The translations under genes were made by a program, and so were the position numbers. From the human T2T-CHM13v2.0 reference genome, Homo sapiens, in the NCBI RefSeq assembly GCF_009914755.1, contig NC_060935.1: a stretch of 64,000 bases of DNA; one strand, 5' to 3'. The notes under the pieces were generated by a model that worked only from the letters and a program-made list of their open reading frames with translations, was not told the origin of the DNA and searched no databases. Positions 29,861 to 45,164 of the stretch are shown piece by piece (the first letter of the stretch is position 1; each line of letters starts with the position of its first letter).

Positions 29861-32579
29861 TCTCATACAGAAAAACAAGGGATGCCTGCAGCCCTTGTCC
29901 ATATCAAGAAAACATCAATTTAAACTATAACACACAAAAAGGATTTCAGTAAGACACAAGTAAGAATTTCATTTTAATTTAGGACTAGATAGCACTGACA
30001 TAGTTATTCATACATAGATGTTGGAACTTTTCATGGTGGTGGGAGATTGCTTTAGAATAGAACAAGTATCCAACTCCCTAATTTAAATGAAGTTAATTTT
30101 AACAGTAACTTCTTGCTTGGACATAGTAAATACTTTTGCTCTAAAAATTACTCTTTCCCCTAAATAAGTTTCCCAGTGCAACAACAGAAAACCAACATAC
30201 TAGCTCAACACCGTGACTTTTCAGAAGGATTTTTGCAATGGAATTAAACACATTTTAAACTGTTTTGAGAGACTCTATCAAAGTTTATTGTCTAGTATGA
30301 ACATATTTTTTAAATTTCACAAATGAATATGAGCTGTTGACAAAGGATTCTCTGACTACACCTATGGAAAAAGAATCTTGGGTAAAATAAGCTAAGTAGC
30401 CTGGAATACGTTTTGTTTGTTGACAATATTTTCAATGTTATAATCAATTAATCAACAGACATGGCCTCTATTAATGCTTTCATTTGAATTCATTCAACTG
30501 TGTGTGTACGGCTCAGCCAATGTAGAGATTACCTTCTGATATGACAATACAGTTTCTTTGCTATACTTTATGTACAGAAAAATCATTCTTACTACTTATA
30601 ACTTCAGTTTTTCATAGAATTATTCTCTGGCCTACCCCCCGCTCTCTTTTTCTGTTTAAATTATAAACCAATTTTATAACCATTAAAATGTATTACACAA
30701 TTTTATCAATGTGAAAAGGTGAGTCAGGAAAGTCTAATGGTAGCAAATAATCCAGCAAAACCCAAGACTGGAACTGAGTGATGATTCTGGGCATCAGCAT
30801 TAGACAAAGTTCGCTAGACCTGTGGCCCAGTGTGTTGACATGTTCCCTAACCAAAGTCTTCAAATGTGTAGTTGATCACGTATGTGTAAAACGAAAACAT
30901 CATTGAATGGGATTACCAAAGAAAATTATAAACTAATAAAAATGGCATAGACATTGCAGCCACAGTGTACGTGGAATTTTCTAAATCCTTCAATAAGAGC
31001 ACAGGTTCCCTGTCAATCTGGATAGTGATTCTGTGTGTATACATTCTTTAGTAGGAAACCATCAGGGCCTCAGGGCTATTTATTACGTGTGGGCCTTTCC
31101 CATTCTAACATTCTATCATTCTGTCACCTTGTACTGTGTCTTCTGAAGAGATACACAAGAAATAAAAAAAAAAAACCACCCTTTTACCCCATAACAAAAT
31201 GAAGTAGAAATCCTCAAAGCTGTGGTTTGAGACAGATGGCATGGTTATGTAATATAAGTGGCAATATCTCCACTAGACTGTGGATTTCATTTGTGAAATA
31301 TGTCTCTGAACTATGACTGATGATTGTTGGATTTTTTAAAGTGCCTTCAATAATCTCGTCAGTGTAATGAATTATCAAATATCTTGGTCCCAGATAAAGC
31401 AAGAGCCATGACAAGTACAATGGTTAGATGCATTTGTATTGCAGAGACAATCAGAAGTTGTGCATGCATGGGCTTCAGATCTTTTACTGAATTTGCTTCA
31501 AGATAAAATGAAAGTAGTTTATTATCACATGAATTCCAGAAATGAGGCTTAAAAAAAAACTCTCCAGCAGGCTCAAAAGAAGTAATTTCAAACACAGGAT
31601 CTACTGAGTTTCTAGGTTGGAAGCAGCATTCAATTGCTCTTGTAGTACCTGGAAAGGGATTTACAGTACCAGCAGCTTCTCACCTCGCTCCTGAAAAGAT
31701 TCCCTTCTGGTTGCTGGAAGATGTTCTGCTTAAGTAGGCAAGGGTGACAAGGTCTTCTGCCGGAATCACATAATGGAGTCAAATACTCCAAACTAAAAAT
31801 CCAATTTGTAATAGCATAAGCTCTGTGAGCTCAAAATAACAAAAAATCTCTACAGTGAACCATAGTATTCCTGGCATATGTAATGTCTGTGGTCTGTGCA
31901 GAGGCAGCAAGCACAAGGGCTGTCTTGTGCTTCAGCTCTGTCTACCTAGTACAACAGATCTGTGATGTTTTTGAGGCAGATTATCTGGTAAATTGATCTT
32001 TTTTCTTGTAATTTTCTTCCAATTACCTACCTTTAGGGAGAATGAATGCAAAATCACTGGCCTTGAAATGCCTTTTTACATTTTCACTTTAGCAAATTTT
32101 TAAATTATGATGGGATACAAATTCCAAAACGATTTGGCAGAGATCAGGAAAGAGGACTTTGGTGTCATCAGAAAGAAACGCACCTGTTTGATGGGGGCAG
32201 AGGAGGGAATTACCCTGGTGTCAGAAATCCTGAGCATGTTAATGGTGCTCCATTCACTAACTGCATAACTCTGGAAAAATTCTCTAAACTTCCATTGCTC
32301 AGTTGCCTCAGCTGCAAAAGGAATAATCACACATCCCCAGCCCACCCCACCAGACTGTCAGATTAGCGAAAGGCATAATCCTTTTGCAAATTGTAACCCC
32401 ACAATTCATGAAGTTAAATGCCTGATCAATCAATTATACAATTGGGATTTTTTTTAACAAGAGGAAATAGGCAAAACTCTTCCTTAGTTGACATGGAAAT
32501 AAAATGTCTCTCATCAACCTTTGGAGTCAGAAAAACGAAGAATCAAAAATTCAGAGAGGTAAATTTGATAATAAAGCAA

Positions 32580-32810
32580 ATAATGGCAGAGCACTCACTA
32601 GATGCCAGGCTTCAACTTATTCATGAATCACATAATTTAATCCTCACAGGAAGGCTATGAGGGAGAGACTCTTCCTTTCCTCTCCTTTTGCAGAGAAGAT
32701 AACTGAAGCTTGGTAGATTCAGTATTTTTGCCCTTGGCCACTTCCCCAGTATGTAGCTGAGTCAGCACTCAAACCAGGGCTATCTGATTATAGAATCCAT
32801 GCCCTTAACC
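32580..32810 (-). mobile_element. MIR
   Basis: tttaatcctcacagg...aactgaagct...gcccttaaccac. Confidence 0.6.
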
Positions 32811-33529
32811 ACAGGGCTGATTACCTCCTATGGAGCTGTCAGTTCAGAACCCAGCTCCATCCAGTCTAGCCTCACACTCCACTCATCACTCAGCTTCAGC
32901 CCAGTGGTTGTCTCCAGCTCTGCATTCTTCCTCATGCTCTCCTTTCCTAAATAGTCTCCTCGGCTTCACTGCGTTCTTTGCATCCTCAAAGGCTCACCAG
33001 AAACCTTGTCTCTGGCACATGCCTTCCTAATAAAATTCCATTTCCTACTGATCACTCTCTGTGTTGCCCTGATTGGTTAATTATGTCTTAGATGTCTCCT
33101 TTGCTTGGGTCTCTCATGAAAGCATACATTTCATAATACATGCCTTCTCTCTCTCTCCCCCATCCCCCAACTAATAAACGCCTAAGACTGTACTAGGTTA
33201 AGAGAAAACTTCCTAAATAATTTCTTGGAGATATTAACAAAACTTTTCCTTGTCCTACTCAAGTCCAGGCTGGCTTTCCCATTCCTCATATTGTCTGAGG
33301 GCAAATATCACACACAACAATACACTGTATGCAGGTGAGCAAGACAGGGTCCCTTCCTCCAGTAACCTGTTCAGTTTATCGGGGAAGACAGAAAACAAGC
33401 AATCCTGTCAGGCTAAGGGAAGTGCAGATTAAGACAGAGGCACAAAGTAGCCACAGCCACCCCAGTCTATAGAACCATGAGAAGGTTATTTAATGAGTCA
33501 GGTATTTAGGCTGAAATTTTAAGGATTGT

Positions 33530-33775
33530 ATAATGATAATAACAATGAATTACTGAATGTGTCCTCTCTTCTTAGAACTTTATATGTATCGCCTCATTTA
33601 ATCCTCTCAATAACTCTACAAAGCAGATGCTATTATATCTCCCTATTTTACTGATAAGAAAACTCGGGCTAATACAGAATAATTTACCCACGGTTACTAG
33701 TATATGGTAGAAATAAAATTCAAACCCAGGCAGGCTGGCTTCCAGAGACCACACCTTTAACTGGTATGCTATCCT
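33530..33775 (-). mobile_element. MIR nested in an L2 relic
   Basis: ctcatttaatcctctcaataac...attcaaacccaggcaggctggcttccagag. Confidence 0.7.
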
Positions 33776-34439
33776 TCCTCTCAAGTAGATGAGCCACTGA
33801 AGTGAGAGAGAAAGATTGTTCCAGGGAGATGGCCCAGGGTTTGCAAAGGTCATGAGAAGAATTCAAGCAGGATATGTAGAGAAACTAAAGGAATTTAATA
33901 CAGGGCCCTGACAACTCCAGATGAGTCATTGGGCACCTGAGATGGACATTTAGCCGTTTTCCAAAGAGGGTGTAGGAAAGCACCTGTCCCTGCGGGGAGG
34001 TTTGCGGTTCTGCCACAGAGAGGCCTTTGTTGTACTTGGATCACCAGGGATTGTGCTTTCCTGGCCTCAAGAGCCAGCAGAGTCCACTCCATTGTGCATC
34101 AAGAGACAGGTCTCTGACTCTCCTTTTTAACATCAGTCTGTCTCACCCCTACGGAATCAGAGAATCCTCAAAGATCCTCTGGTTCTAGAAGAGAAGAGAA
34201 CTAGAATGGCCTGTTCCTCTGTTGCCAGGTTTCCACACCATCAGATTCCAAAGAAGTTTCCAGAACTCCCTTAACCTCTCATTTTAATGTCAAATTATCC
34301 TTTCCATGAAGACAGTCTTACTTAGATCTGATGTAAACCCTTCATGCTAAAAATCTAGCCCCAATCTCAGCTCTCTTTTCATGTGTGGCAGAATAGTAGG
34401 TCATCTCCTCTGAGGAGACCACCTCAAATGCCTGTGACA

Positions 34440-34660
34440 CAGCCATGTCTTGGGCTTGCAGTCACCTTGGGCCTCCTGGCTTGACCACTTGTGAGCTGTG
34501 ATGTTAGGCAGATTACTCAACCTCTCAGTGATTCCATTTCTCGTCTGTAAAATGGGAACAATAATTGGGCTTATACATGAATTTGTTTTGAGGATTAAAA
34601 ATAGATAAAAGGCTTAGCCCAGTTGCCTAGTTCATCATAAATGCCTATCAAATTTTAGCT
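34440..34660 (+). mobile_element. MIR
   Basis: gagctgtgatgttaggcagattactcaacctctc...ctgtaaaatggg...gaggattaaa. Confidence 0.7.
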
Positions 34661-34943
34661 TAAAAAAGAAAAGAAAAGGTATAATTCCATCTTATCTTGG
34701 GCTAATGTGCATACAGATTAGGGACTAACAAATAAACCTCTGGTCAACTTTTCCCGGGAGAGTAAAAAAGATCAAATGCCTAAAAGTAGTAATTACACTT
34801 TCAGTCTTCTTATTTTCTACAAGTATGCAGATGAATAGAACATCCACTTTTAAATGGCAGGTATAAATCAGTTATAAAAGTGTTAAATAGATCTATGAAG
34901 GCCAGGAAAAAAGAAAAAAGAAAGAGACAGGAACCATCCCGCT

Positions 34944-34957
34944 GTTGCCATGACAAT
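34944..34957. promoter_or_regulatory. RFX X-box-like motif GTTGCCATGACAAT
   Basis: Motif match only. Confidence 0.35.
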
Positions 34958-36744
34958 GAGGCACGTTACCTGGACAAAGATTTTGGAAATCTCTTAAAAG
35001 AATAGCCAGAGATGCTTCTGTCTATTTTGGGAAGGACAAAGTCTTCTTTTATCCTGCACTAAAGACACGCATCCACTTGTCTGCTGAATATCTCCCAATT
35101 AACACAGGGCAAGATCTGAGAGGAGCGGGGATGTCATGAGCAGGCAGGAGGTGGCATGGAAAGGGACTTGGCAGGGGGCTGAGAGGTGAAGGCAAATATC
35201 AGTGGAAAATGCAAGATCAAACTGCCCAGAATCTCTATTGTTTCATTTAAAATGCCCACAGAACATTCATTAAAAAGCATCATTCTCACGCATAAAGGCC
35301 CCCAACTGCTGCAGACGAAGCTTACACGAAATGGAATCCTAAACCAATAACACTTTTATTTTTATTAACAGTGGTGACATGAAGAAAGTGACTGAAAACT
35401 CTGGTGGGCAAGGCTTTCCCTGAAAGTCATTTTTATGTGTAGAGGAATAGAGAGCTTAAGATTCATACAATGTGTTTTCTCCACCATCTCTTTAGGTGTT
35501 TGTAAGTAGATCGTGTGTGTGTTTGTGTGTGTGTGTGTGTTTCCCTCCTTCAATCTGTAGTTTACACTTAACATAATAATCTTGCACACCTCTCTCATTT
35601 TTCAGTTAATCGATAGTATTTTCAAAGCAACAAATAGAGGCTATTTGTAATAGTATTTCCTTTAATTGCATATTTTTCAAACATGAGACTATTAAAGTAG
35701 CTGTCCCTGAAAGCAGTCATTCAATTCTCCTCTGAGGTGCCCCTTCATTCTGAAAGGGCCTCCGTAATCAAGCTCAATAGCATCTCTTGGCTGCCTGAGA
35801 AAAAGCACTGGAGGAAAAAAAAAAAAAGAAATCTATTTTCCAGATCAAAGTAATCCCTGCTCCATTGCCATGGCTCCAGACGTCTCTTTTTTCTTTTCAT
35901 TGACCAGACAAGTTTCTTCTCAGCTCCCTGCTTCATTTTTTTTTTTTTTTGCCTGAATTTGTTTTCTCTTTGGGAAAAGTGGTCATTAAAGTATTAGTTT
36001 AGGTTGATTGGTTCTTCAGCAACAGAAGAGGCTTCTGATGCTTTGTTATCTTTGACATGATCTCAAAACAGTTGCCTGATTATTATACGATATGGAAATA
36101 ATAACTCAAGGCAACTGGCCTCCCTCTGAGACCAATGCAGGTGCCAGGTACAGGATTACACACCTAATCTACTAGTCTTCTCATGGGTGCTTTTAGGGCC
36201 TGAGTGTCTGACCACATCCCTGGATGTTACAGGGGACTTCACCTCCCTGCCCTAGCCATGGAGGCCCCGCCCCCACCCATGGACCTGAATTCTTCCCAAG
36301 TGGTCGAGACTGCTCAGCACTTGTCTCCATTTATACCAACCAGTGGCGCATTCAGTGGGAAGAATGAGGCGGAGGAGAGGGTGGCTTTGATGTTTCCAGG
36401 GGCAGGAAATCACTTGGATGATCTTCCAGGGCCACTTGGCAGCAGGTAGAGGGTGTGACAGCTGGTGGGAAGGTCAGCGGCTGGGATGTGGCCACTCAAC
36501 CATAGCAGGGAACTGCTCTGCCCTTGCAAACTGAGAAGTTTATTTCTATAGTCTGGTGGGGGGTAGAGATGAGGGAGAAAGATCAGAGGGCCTGGCACAT
36601 ACCACCTGGGAAAATGAGAATTCAGAAACAATCAAATAATATGCCAGAAGAGTTCACTACTTTTAAAGACCAATTGGCCCAAGCCCTTAAATCCAATCTA
36701 ATAATAATGTATGACTGCCAGTGCACAAGAGGTGGTACAAATGG

Positions 36745-37070
36745 TGGTTAGCCACATCAACTTCGAATCCAGACTTTAAGCCTCTCTTTGCTCATCTGTT
36801 AAAATGCAGTTAGTAACAGGCTTACTGTGAGGATTAATAATAATAATAAGGCTTACTGCATACTTTGTGTCAGGCACTGTGCATGTTACTTGGCATGCAT
36901 TATCTTATTTCCTACTCACAATAACTCTTCGGAATAGATACCAGTACTATGCCCCCACTTTCTTATCAGAAAACAGGCATAGCGAGTTCGTTATCCAGAG
37001 TCACACAGCTGGTAAGTGAAGCCAGAATTCACATCTAGTCAGCCCAAACTCTAGCACCTGCACTATTAGT
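36745..37070. mobile_element. Two opposed MIR fragments
   Basis: ctcatctgttaaaatg...gtgaggattaa, then antisense gtcacacagctggtaagtg. Confidence 0.65.
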
Positions 37071-38289
37071 CATTACTTAGGAATGAAATGGAATAATGTA
37101 TAAAGTATCGATTCTGGTACCAGACACTCAGCACATTATCCATCATTAATTTTACATTGCTGACATTATTATTAGACTCCCTCTGTTGCCATGGCCAATT
37201 GAACTAAAGTAAGTGACAGTACTTCAATAAGTGAAAGGGCTTTATTAAAGCATGCACATGAAATATAATGAGGATGACTGGAGCTGGCTCAAAGAGGTGG
37301 TGATCCAAAAGTTCCATGGACATAATCACACTTACAGAATTTGCTGGTAAAAATGGCAAAAGGAAAGGCAGTAAGGAAATGGCAGTTGGGGGTGGGAATG
37401 GCAGCTCATTTCTAGAGGTTGCCCAAACAAGAGGTATGACCAAAAGGTCTGGAGACACTGGTATCATTGCTGCCTTAGCTGGGTGGACTTATAGATGTAG
37501 ACAATGTCTGAGAATTAGACAGGGAGACAGAGGATGTCCAGATGACAGGTGCATTCTGATTAGCCAACTAAGTAATACCTAACCACATGCTCACTCCCAT
37601 TCATATTCAGAAAACACATTCACAGAGGAACTAAATCTTTCCCCACTCCTATCTGAAGTTCCCAAGTAATCAAGTGCTACTACCATCTGCAAATTTTTAA
37701 GGAGACCCAGAGAGCTTACTCAAAAGCCTCATTTATTTATTCATTGGAGGAGTATTTATTAAAAACCTTTTATGTGTCTTAGGTGCAAAGAATGTAAGAA
37801 GAGCTTACTCGGTCCCTGACCTGTAGTAGGAGAAGATCCGTGTGCTATGTCATCTCAGGGAAATGTGTGCAGACAATTCTGGGAAGGATGGCAAGGCAAG
37901 GGTGGCCAGGTCTGACTTGAAGGTGGAAGGAGGGTGGGATTGTGCATAATTCAAAGCAGTTTTTTTCTCCTTCCAGATAAGGAGTATCTTGTTTGTTATC
38001 AGAATGGAACTTATCAGTAGAGAAAAATTGGAGACAATTTATGAAAGAGGAGAGAACATGGAGAGCTTGCATGCAGTGGTTCCAGCTGGGAGCCCTAGTC
38101 TCAGCAAGAAGGAAGACACTATATTTTCTGATTCAAGTAGAAGAAGGAGAAGACAGATGAAGATACAGATAATTTTGATATGGAGGGAAGTTGAGGCAAC
38201 TCATGTCAGATGGTCCCAACCTTCTCAGCAAGGAGAGTTCATCTGTTGAGAGTTTCAGGAAAGGAGGTGTGGATGTTGCTGGAGAATGC

Positions 38290-38610
38290 CTAGATAAGTC
38301 ACTGTGGAAAATGCCATTCTCCATTTCTGTCTGTTTGGCAAACCCCAATAATCCTCCAGGACTCAGATCAAACAACATCTCCTGTAACCTCCCAAGTTCT
38401 CAGACAGAGTTGGGAGCTCTGTTCCCTGCACTTGTTTTTCTATTACCTTATTAGTCATATCGTATTATAATTCTTTTCATTTCTGTCTCTCTTTTCCTCT
38501 TGCCTGAAATCCTTGAGGGTGGAGACCATATTTTACTCATCTTAATTTCTCCAACTCTAATCTGGTACAAAATGATATTCAGGAAATGTGTGTTGAATGC
38601 ATAAATAAAT
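38290..38610 (+). mobile_element. L2 3' fragment
   Basis: ccttgagggtggagaccat...caggaaatgtgtgttgaatg. Confidence 0.6.
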
Positions 38611-39907
38611 TACTCCATAAGCCATACATAAAAGAATTGCAATTCAGATCCAGAAAGATTAAGGAATAACATTTTAGAACTGGCATCCTAAATGTCTAGT
38701 TTCATTTCAGAGCAAAACAGTCTGCTCTTGGCCAATTACCCTAACCTTGCTGCATCTAATAACCCAGGCTCTGAAAAATGGAGACAACAATTCATGGAGC
38801 TGTGAGTTTCAGCATGAATGCCTGTAAAGGGCTTTTTAAGTGGCAAAGCAGATAATTACAGAAAAGGCCCTTGAGGAGGAAGGATGACTAAGACATGTCT
38901 CGGAGACAATGAAAGACCATCCTTTCAGGATTTCTACCACATTTCACTCTGATACAAGCAGTTACAGAGGATCTAGGGCCCTCTCAAAGGCCTTGGCACC
39001 ACTAGATTCCAAGATTATGTGTTCACCAAGTTCACGAACTGTTGTGAAGGAATAGTGGTTAGAAAGAACCAGAGTCCTTCTGCTCAGCACCTCCCAGCTC
39101 AGGGCCACTGTGCTCTCTGCGGAACTTTCAGCTTTTTCTATTGTTCTGTTTTTCCTTGGCTCCTAGTTTCCTCTCTTACAGATCATCAACAGATCACTCA
39201 AATGTGCTTGACCTTTGGAAATACACTTCTGTTCCTGGGAAGTACATGATCATTTATCACTGCCATTTACCAAGTGTTAGCAAGATAAATAGCTACCTGG
39301 GTAAGCCTTGAAAGCAGCCACTAGCCCATTTGCACGAGATGTGATACAATTTATCCCAGAAGAGCCACAAAAAGAGTAAGATGCTGAACAATACGGTCTG
39401 TTAATAGATGCATACATTCTGGAGCTTTATAAAAACAACAAATAGGTGAATAAGACATTTTATACCTATTTCTAAGACTGTAGAAACCTAAGGCATAATC
39501 TACACTAGATTGCCTGTTCTAATTTACAGTAGCATTGCTATGAATAAAATAAGAAAATTGATAATTCTAAAACATTGTTTGATTCATAATTCCCCTCTAC
39601 ACACACAAATGCACACAGACACACAAACACACACCCACGTGCATGTGTGTGCACAGACACCTGCCTCTAAAATTGGATTTTGTTGAAGATAAATTTTAAT
39701 TAGTTTGCCCCCCAATACACATACTCTAGGTTTAGCAATATGTGTGATAACGATCGGTAAGGATAGCCTGGGGTTTTTAATTGTCATAGTTAATCAAAAG
39801 GTGACTATATACAGGAGAACAGATTAGAGTTGGAAAGAGTAGTAGAAGAAAAAAAAGAATTGGGACTAGAAGAGAAGAAAAAAATAGAAAACCAAAAAAG
39901 AAGGATA

Positions 39908-40219
<312 letters not shown>

Positions 40220-43200
40220 TTATTAGTAGATAGGAGTGTCAGTTAGTGGTCTCAATTCTTTCCCATACTGATTGTCAGTACATATTCAACACATAAACAC
40301 CTCCAGAGTAGGGGCAGTTCAGATTTGAGGAGGACCTTAAATAGCTATATACATTATCCTAAAGGAGCTTTTACTTTCTGAAACTGCAGGCTGCTTTCTT
40401 ATCACCAGAGCCTGCAGTTATGCATCAACATTAAATGTAGAAAGTTTGCTACAGCTATAATCAAAACTCTGGTTAGTATCTACATTAGCTAGTTGATATT
40501 AATATTAGCCACTCAGAGCTCTTTTGAAACTTAAAATTAGTTGGAAGAGAAACAAAATGACAGCATTTCTTATTATTGATATAACTTAAGGGCCCACACA
40601 GAGCCTGAATTGACTTTACTCAAGGATTCCATATATAGAAGCCTTTCAATTGCTGGAAAGTTAGATCACTTATAACTGTGAAGTATGATTGAATGACCTT
40701 GTGTGAAAATGGCAAGATTATTCTGTGATGTAGCCTTCATTGGAACGTTCCATCCCTGCCAGAGAGGCCACTTGTTCATTACGTGGGAGAAATTGCTAAA
40801 ACAATAGTCAGTCCTGCCCTCACTGATCAAAACATCTCCAGGGATCCTCTATGCTGCTTGGGCCCAAAGGACCCGACTCTATGTGCCTTGATTAACTTTC
40901 TTTGGCCCTAGTTCATCACTCAGAAATGTCTGTCTTTAGCGGAATCTTAGCTTGTGACTTTTTTTGGGTAAAGTCAAGGTAAATAATTTTGGAGCCCAAC
41001 ATACTTTAGAAATTGTAGGTCACTATTCCATCAATAAAAACATAAATAAAAGAAAGCCTCATTCGGAAGAATAAACCAGTATGTCCTCAATGTAACAGAC
41101 ACAAATTAGAAGAGTTAGAAAGATCTTGCCTTTTTTGAGGTCTAGGTCTTCAAATCTCTCTCCTCAGTATCTCAATTCCTTCAAAAAAAAATTCAAGTAC
41201 TGAATTTGGAAAGATTAAAGTCTAGGGAAGAAAGAGTAGGGGAAAGCAAGACCAGTAGCTTAGGAGAAGGGGGGAGAGGAGAAGAGGGGCCATATCATGA
41301 TTAAAGCTTCCATCATGCAATCAATCAAATGCAGGATATAAAAGGCAACCATAATGAAAAGTACAAACACTCGCTGCATACACTTAGAATCTAACACTTG
41401 TAGAAAAAAGTAGGATATAAGTCATCACTTCAACTGTCCATTTATAGATTTATAGAAACTAAGGCTCAAGGCTCTCAAGTGACTAATGAGCTGTTTTAGA
41501 GTACAAGAGAAGCCAAGCCACAACCAGAATTTAAAAGCCAAGATCTGAAAACCAAGCAAATGTATGAAATTCTCTTCTTTTTTCTTAAAAAGCATTCAAA
41601 GAGAGAAAAAACTAATCTCTTCCATGGCAAAATGCATAAGTATATACAATAACTCATAGATAAGGGTTTTTTTAATCTAATAATCTAACTGCTTCAATTT
41701 CTTCTGCTTGTGGACGCTGCATTTACATCCATGCTTTGTCAATTACTTTATGTTTCTTGGTTCTGTCTCCCAAACTAAACTCCAAATACTTGAGGGTAAT
41801 GTCTTTTTCTTTTATCAATATCAATTTCTTACCATGCTCACTATGATTGATAGTGTCCCATAGAATTACTGAAAATGCTTAACACAAGTCTAACTTTGGT
41901 TTTCCCTTAGGTAAGAGGGATTTGTTGAAGTGCAACACTCTTGACCCACTGCAAATATCACTACCAAAATTCTCCATTTGAGATATTGATAATAATTACT
42001 CTGTACCTTCTTTCATTTGGATTGTAGTAATTGTAACGTTTCAAAGCATATTTTATGGCTACCGTTTCACTTGAATATTTGTTTCATGAGTGGACCTCAA
42101 AGAACATTACAACTACAAATCCGCCAATTGCCCCACCTGCCAAAAAGATTATATCCTGGGTCTTGGTGTGTTTTGGTGCACTGGTAATTGGTTATTCCTC
42201 CTCCAGGCATGGAAATCTCGATTCACAATTCACTGGGTTAGAATATAACAATAGTCAGCACTGGAGACAGACAGTGCTCAACTGACAAAGTATATCAACT
42301 CCAACTGTAAAAAGATCCAGAAGGCAAAAATACAGACTTCTGAGTCCTTGTAGTGTTGAGGGAAGAGACCTCAGTGTCCTTCCATGACCCCCGCCTCCAG
42401 TAATATGTCCTTAGTGTTTATAGCATCCTCCCATCCTGACATTTCCTCATAATTTAGCATTCCTGGTAAGGCTTAAAGGAAAGCTGAATTTTTCACTGGA
42501 GGTAGGTCATGCTGACAGTGATAGCAACTGACAGGAGATTAAAAGGAACCAAAGATACAGTGTTGAAAAAGTCTCATCAAGGTCACCCACTCTTGATAAG
42601 GCAAGTGAAGAGCGAGGGAGAAATATAGGCTTATCACTTAAGAACCAGCAGGGACAACTACATTATCTAATTATTCCTCTTCATTTCCACCTCCTGTAGT
42701 CTCCCACTCCTACACACGTGCTTTTAAGCCAGTCCATTATTTTAAAATTACTTTACGGTAGTTCTCCTTATCAGTTCAAGGTACAGCTGCCTTTAAAGGC
42801 AGTGCCACCAGCAGTCCCAACCCTGCCAAGTAGAGGTAGCTGCTCCCCAGGGCACTCAGCTCAGCCTTTTACTATAGCACGTACATGTTTACATGACTTT
42901 CTCCCCCCAAAACTGTGAACCCTTCATGGTTACAAGCATGTCTTACTCATCTTTCTACCTACCTGCATGGTGACAGAGCTAGCCAGCTATCTATTAAATT
43001 CAGAATTCTCCCCTAGCACTGAGTTGCTGCTGGGAAGCTGCTACCAAGCCAGGGACTACATTTTCCAGCTCAATTTCCATCCAGATGTGGCCATGGGATA
43101 ATAATTAGCCAATGGAAAATGAACAGATGTGAGGTATTTCACTTGGAGGCTTTTATAACACATCATATATATATACACGTATATATACATATATATTATG

Positions 43201-43245
43201 TGTTATATTTCATATATATACATGTATACATATGTATATATATGA

Positions 43246-43570
<325 letters not shown>

Positions 43571-43572
43571 AA

Positions 43573-43926
<354 letters not shown>

Positions 43927-44413
43927 TGATAAACAGCAAGGAGCTGGCTGACCCGTGTGATGGAAAGAACTTGGACTCCTGAATCACTGTATCAGCTACT
44001 ACTGACCAGAAACAATGTATTGGACAATTACAAGAGGAGAAAATAGGCTTCTATCTTTAAAAATCTTTATATATTTTTGGGTCTTCTTTTTTTTACTGAA
44101 GTATACTTTATTTAATACATGAATTTAATACAGTGGCATATATAGGTGTTCAAGAGATGGTGAATAACTGAATAAGGTACTTGCCCATTTGCCCATGGAA
44201 GAGCCTGAATATTTCATACTTTCCCAAGAAAGATTATTTATGGATTGCAGCTCATGAAATTATATGCAATAATTGTTATTATGGAAATCTTCCCAGAATG
44301 CTATATGAAACAGACTAATGTGACTGGGGTTTTATTTAATCTTATAGTTGTTTTTTACAAATTCATAGATACAAATTTAATTTTTTTTTTTTTTACTGTG
44401 GGAGAATGTTGAG

Positions 44414-44427
44414 GTTGCCATAGCAAC
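44414..44427. promoter_or_regulatory. Near-perfect RFX X-box GTTGCCATAGCAAC
   Basis: 14-bp imperfect palindrome matching the consensus GTNRCC-N(0-3)-RGYAAC, in non-repeat sequence. Confidence 0.5.
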
Positions 44428-44707
44428 AAGTTAAAGCAATAGAGTGTATGTGATGGACTAAGATGCTTGGTGCTAGCCATGCCAGCAAAAAAATAAAATG
44501 ATTGTATCATACAGAAAACTAGACTAAGGGCTATGGTGTGATAGTCAACTATTTGTCTTTCACCTTCTATTTATTATAATTTAAGACACTGATTAGTTGA
44601 CAATTTTGACAATATTGCTAGTTTATTGCTAGTTCTGTAATGAAATTAATTTTAGAATAAAGATCATCATTCTAACCACCCTATCCCCACCTGCCTGAGG
44701 GGAAAAA

Positions 44708-44709
<2 letters not shown>

Positions 44710-44758
<49 letters not shown>
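44710..44758. repeat. (AC)~24 microsatellite
   Basis: Direct reading. Confidence 0.95.
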
Positions 44759-44760
<2 letters not shown>

Positions 44761-44761
44761 T

Positions 44762-45164
44762 ATCTACTGCATAACAACATTTTGGTCAACAACATACCAC
44801 ATATACAATGGTGGTCCCATAAGGTTTTAATGGAGCTGATAAATTCCTATCTCCTAGTGATGTCATAGCCATCGTAACGTCATAGCATAACACATCACCT
44901 TTTCCATATTTAGATATGTTTAGATGCACAAATACTTGTTTTGCAGTTGTTTACAGTGTTCAGTACAGTAACATGCTGTACAGGTTTGTGGCCTAGGAAC
45001 AATAGGCTATACAAAATAGCTCAGGTGTGTAGTAGGTTATACCAACTAAAGTTGTGTAAGCACACTCTATGCTGATCACACAACAATGAAATCACTTCAT
45101 GATGCAGTCCTCAGAATATATCTTCATTGTTAAGTAAAGCATGACTATGTATGATGCATGACTG
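44762..45164 (-). mobile_element. Tigger3a (Golem/MER7-type) DNA transposon relic
   Basis: ggtggtcccataag; cagtacagtaacatgctgtacaggtttg; gcatgactg terminus. Confidence 0.85.

Noticed and set aside
30719-33930. Four AP-1 (TGAGTCA) sites
   Set aside because: A 7-mer is expected roughly 8 times by chance in 64 kb on both strands; the clustering is not convincing.
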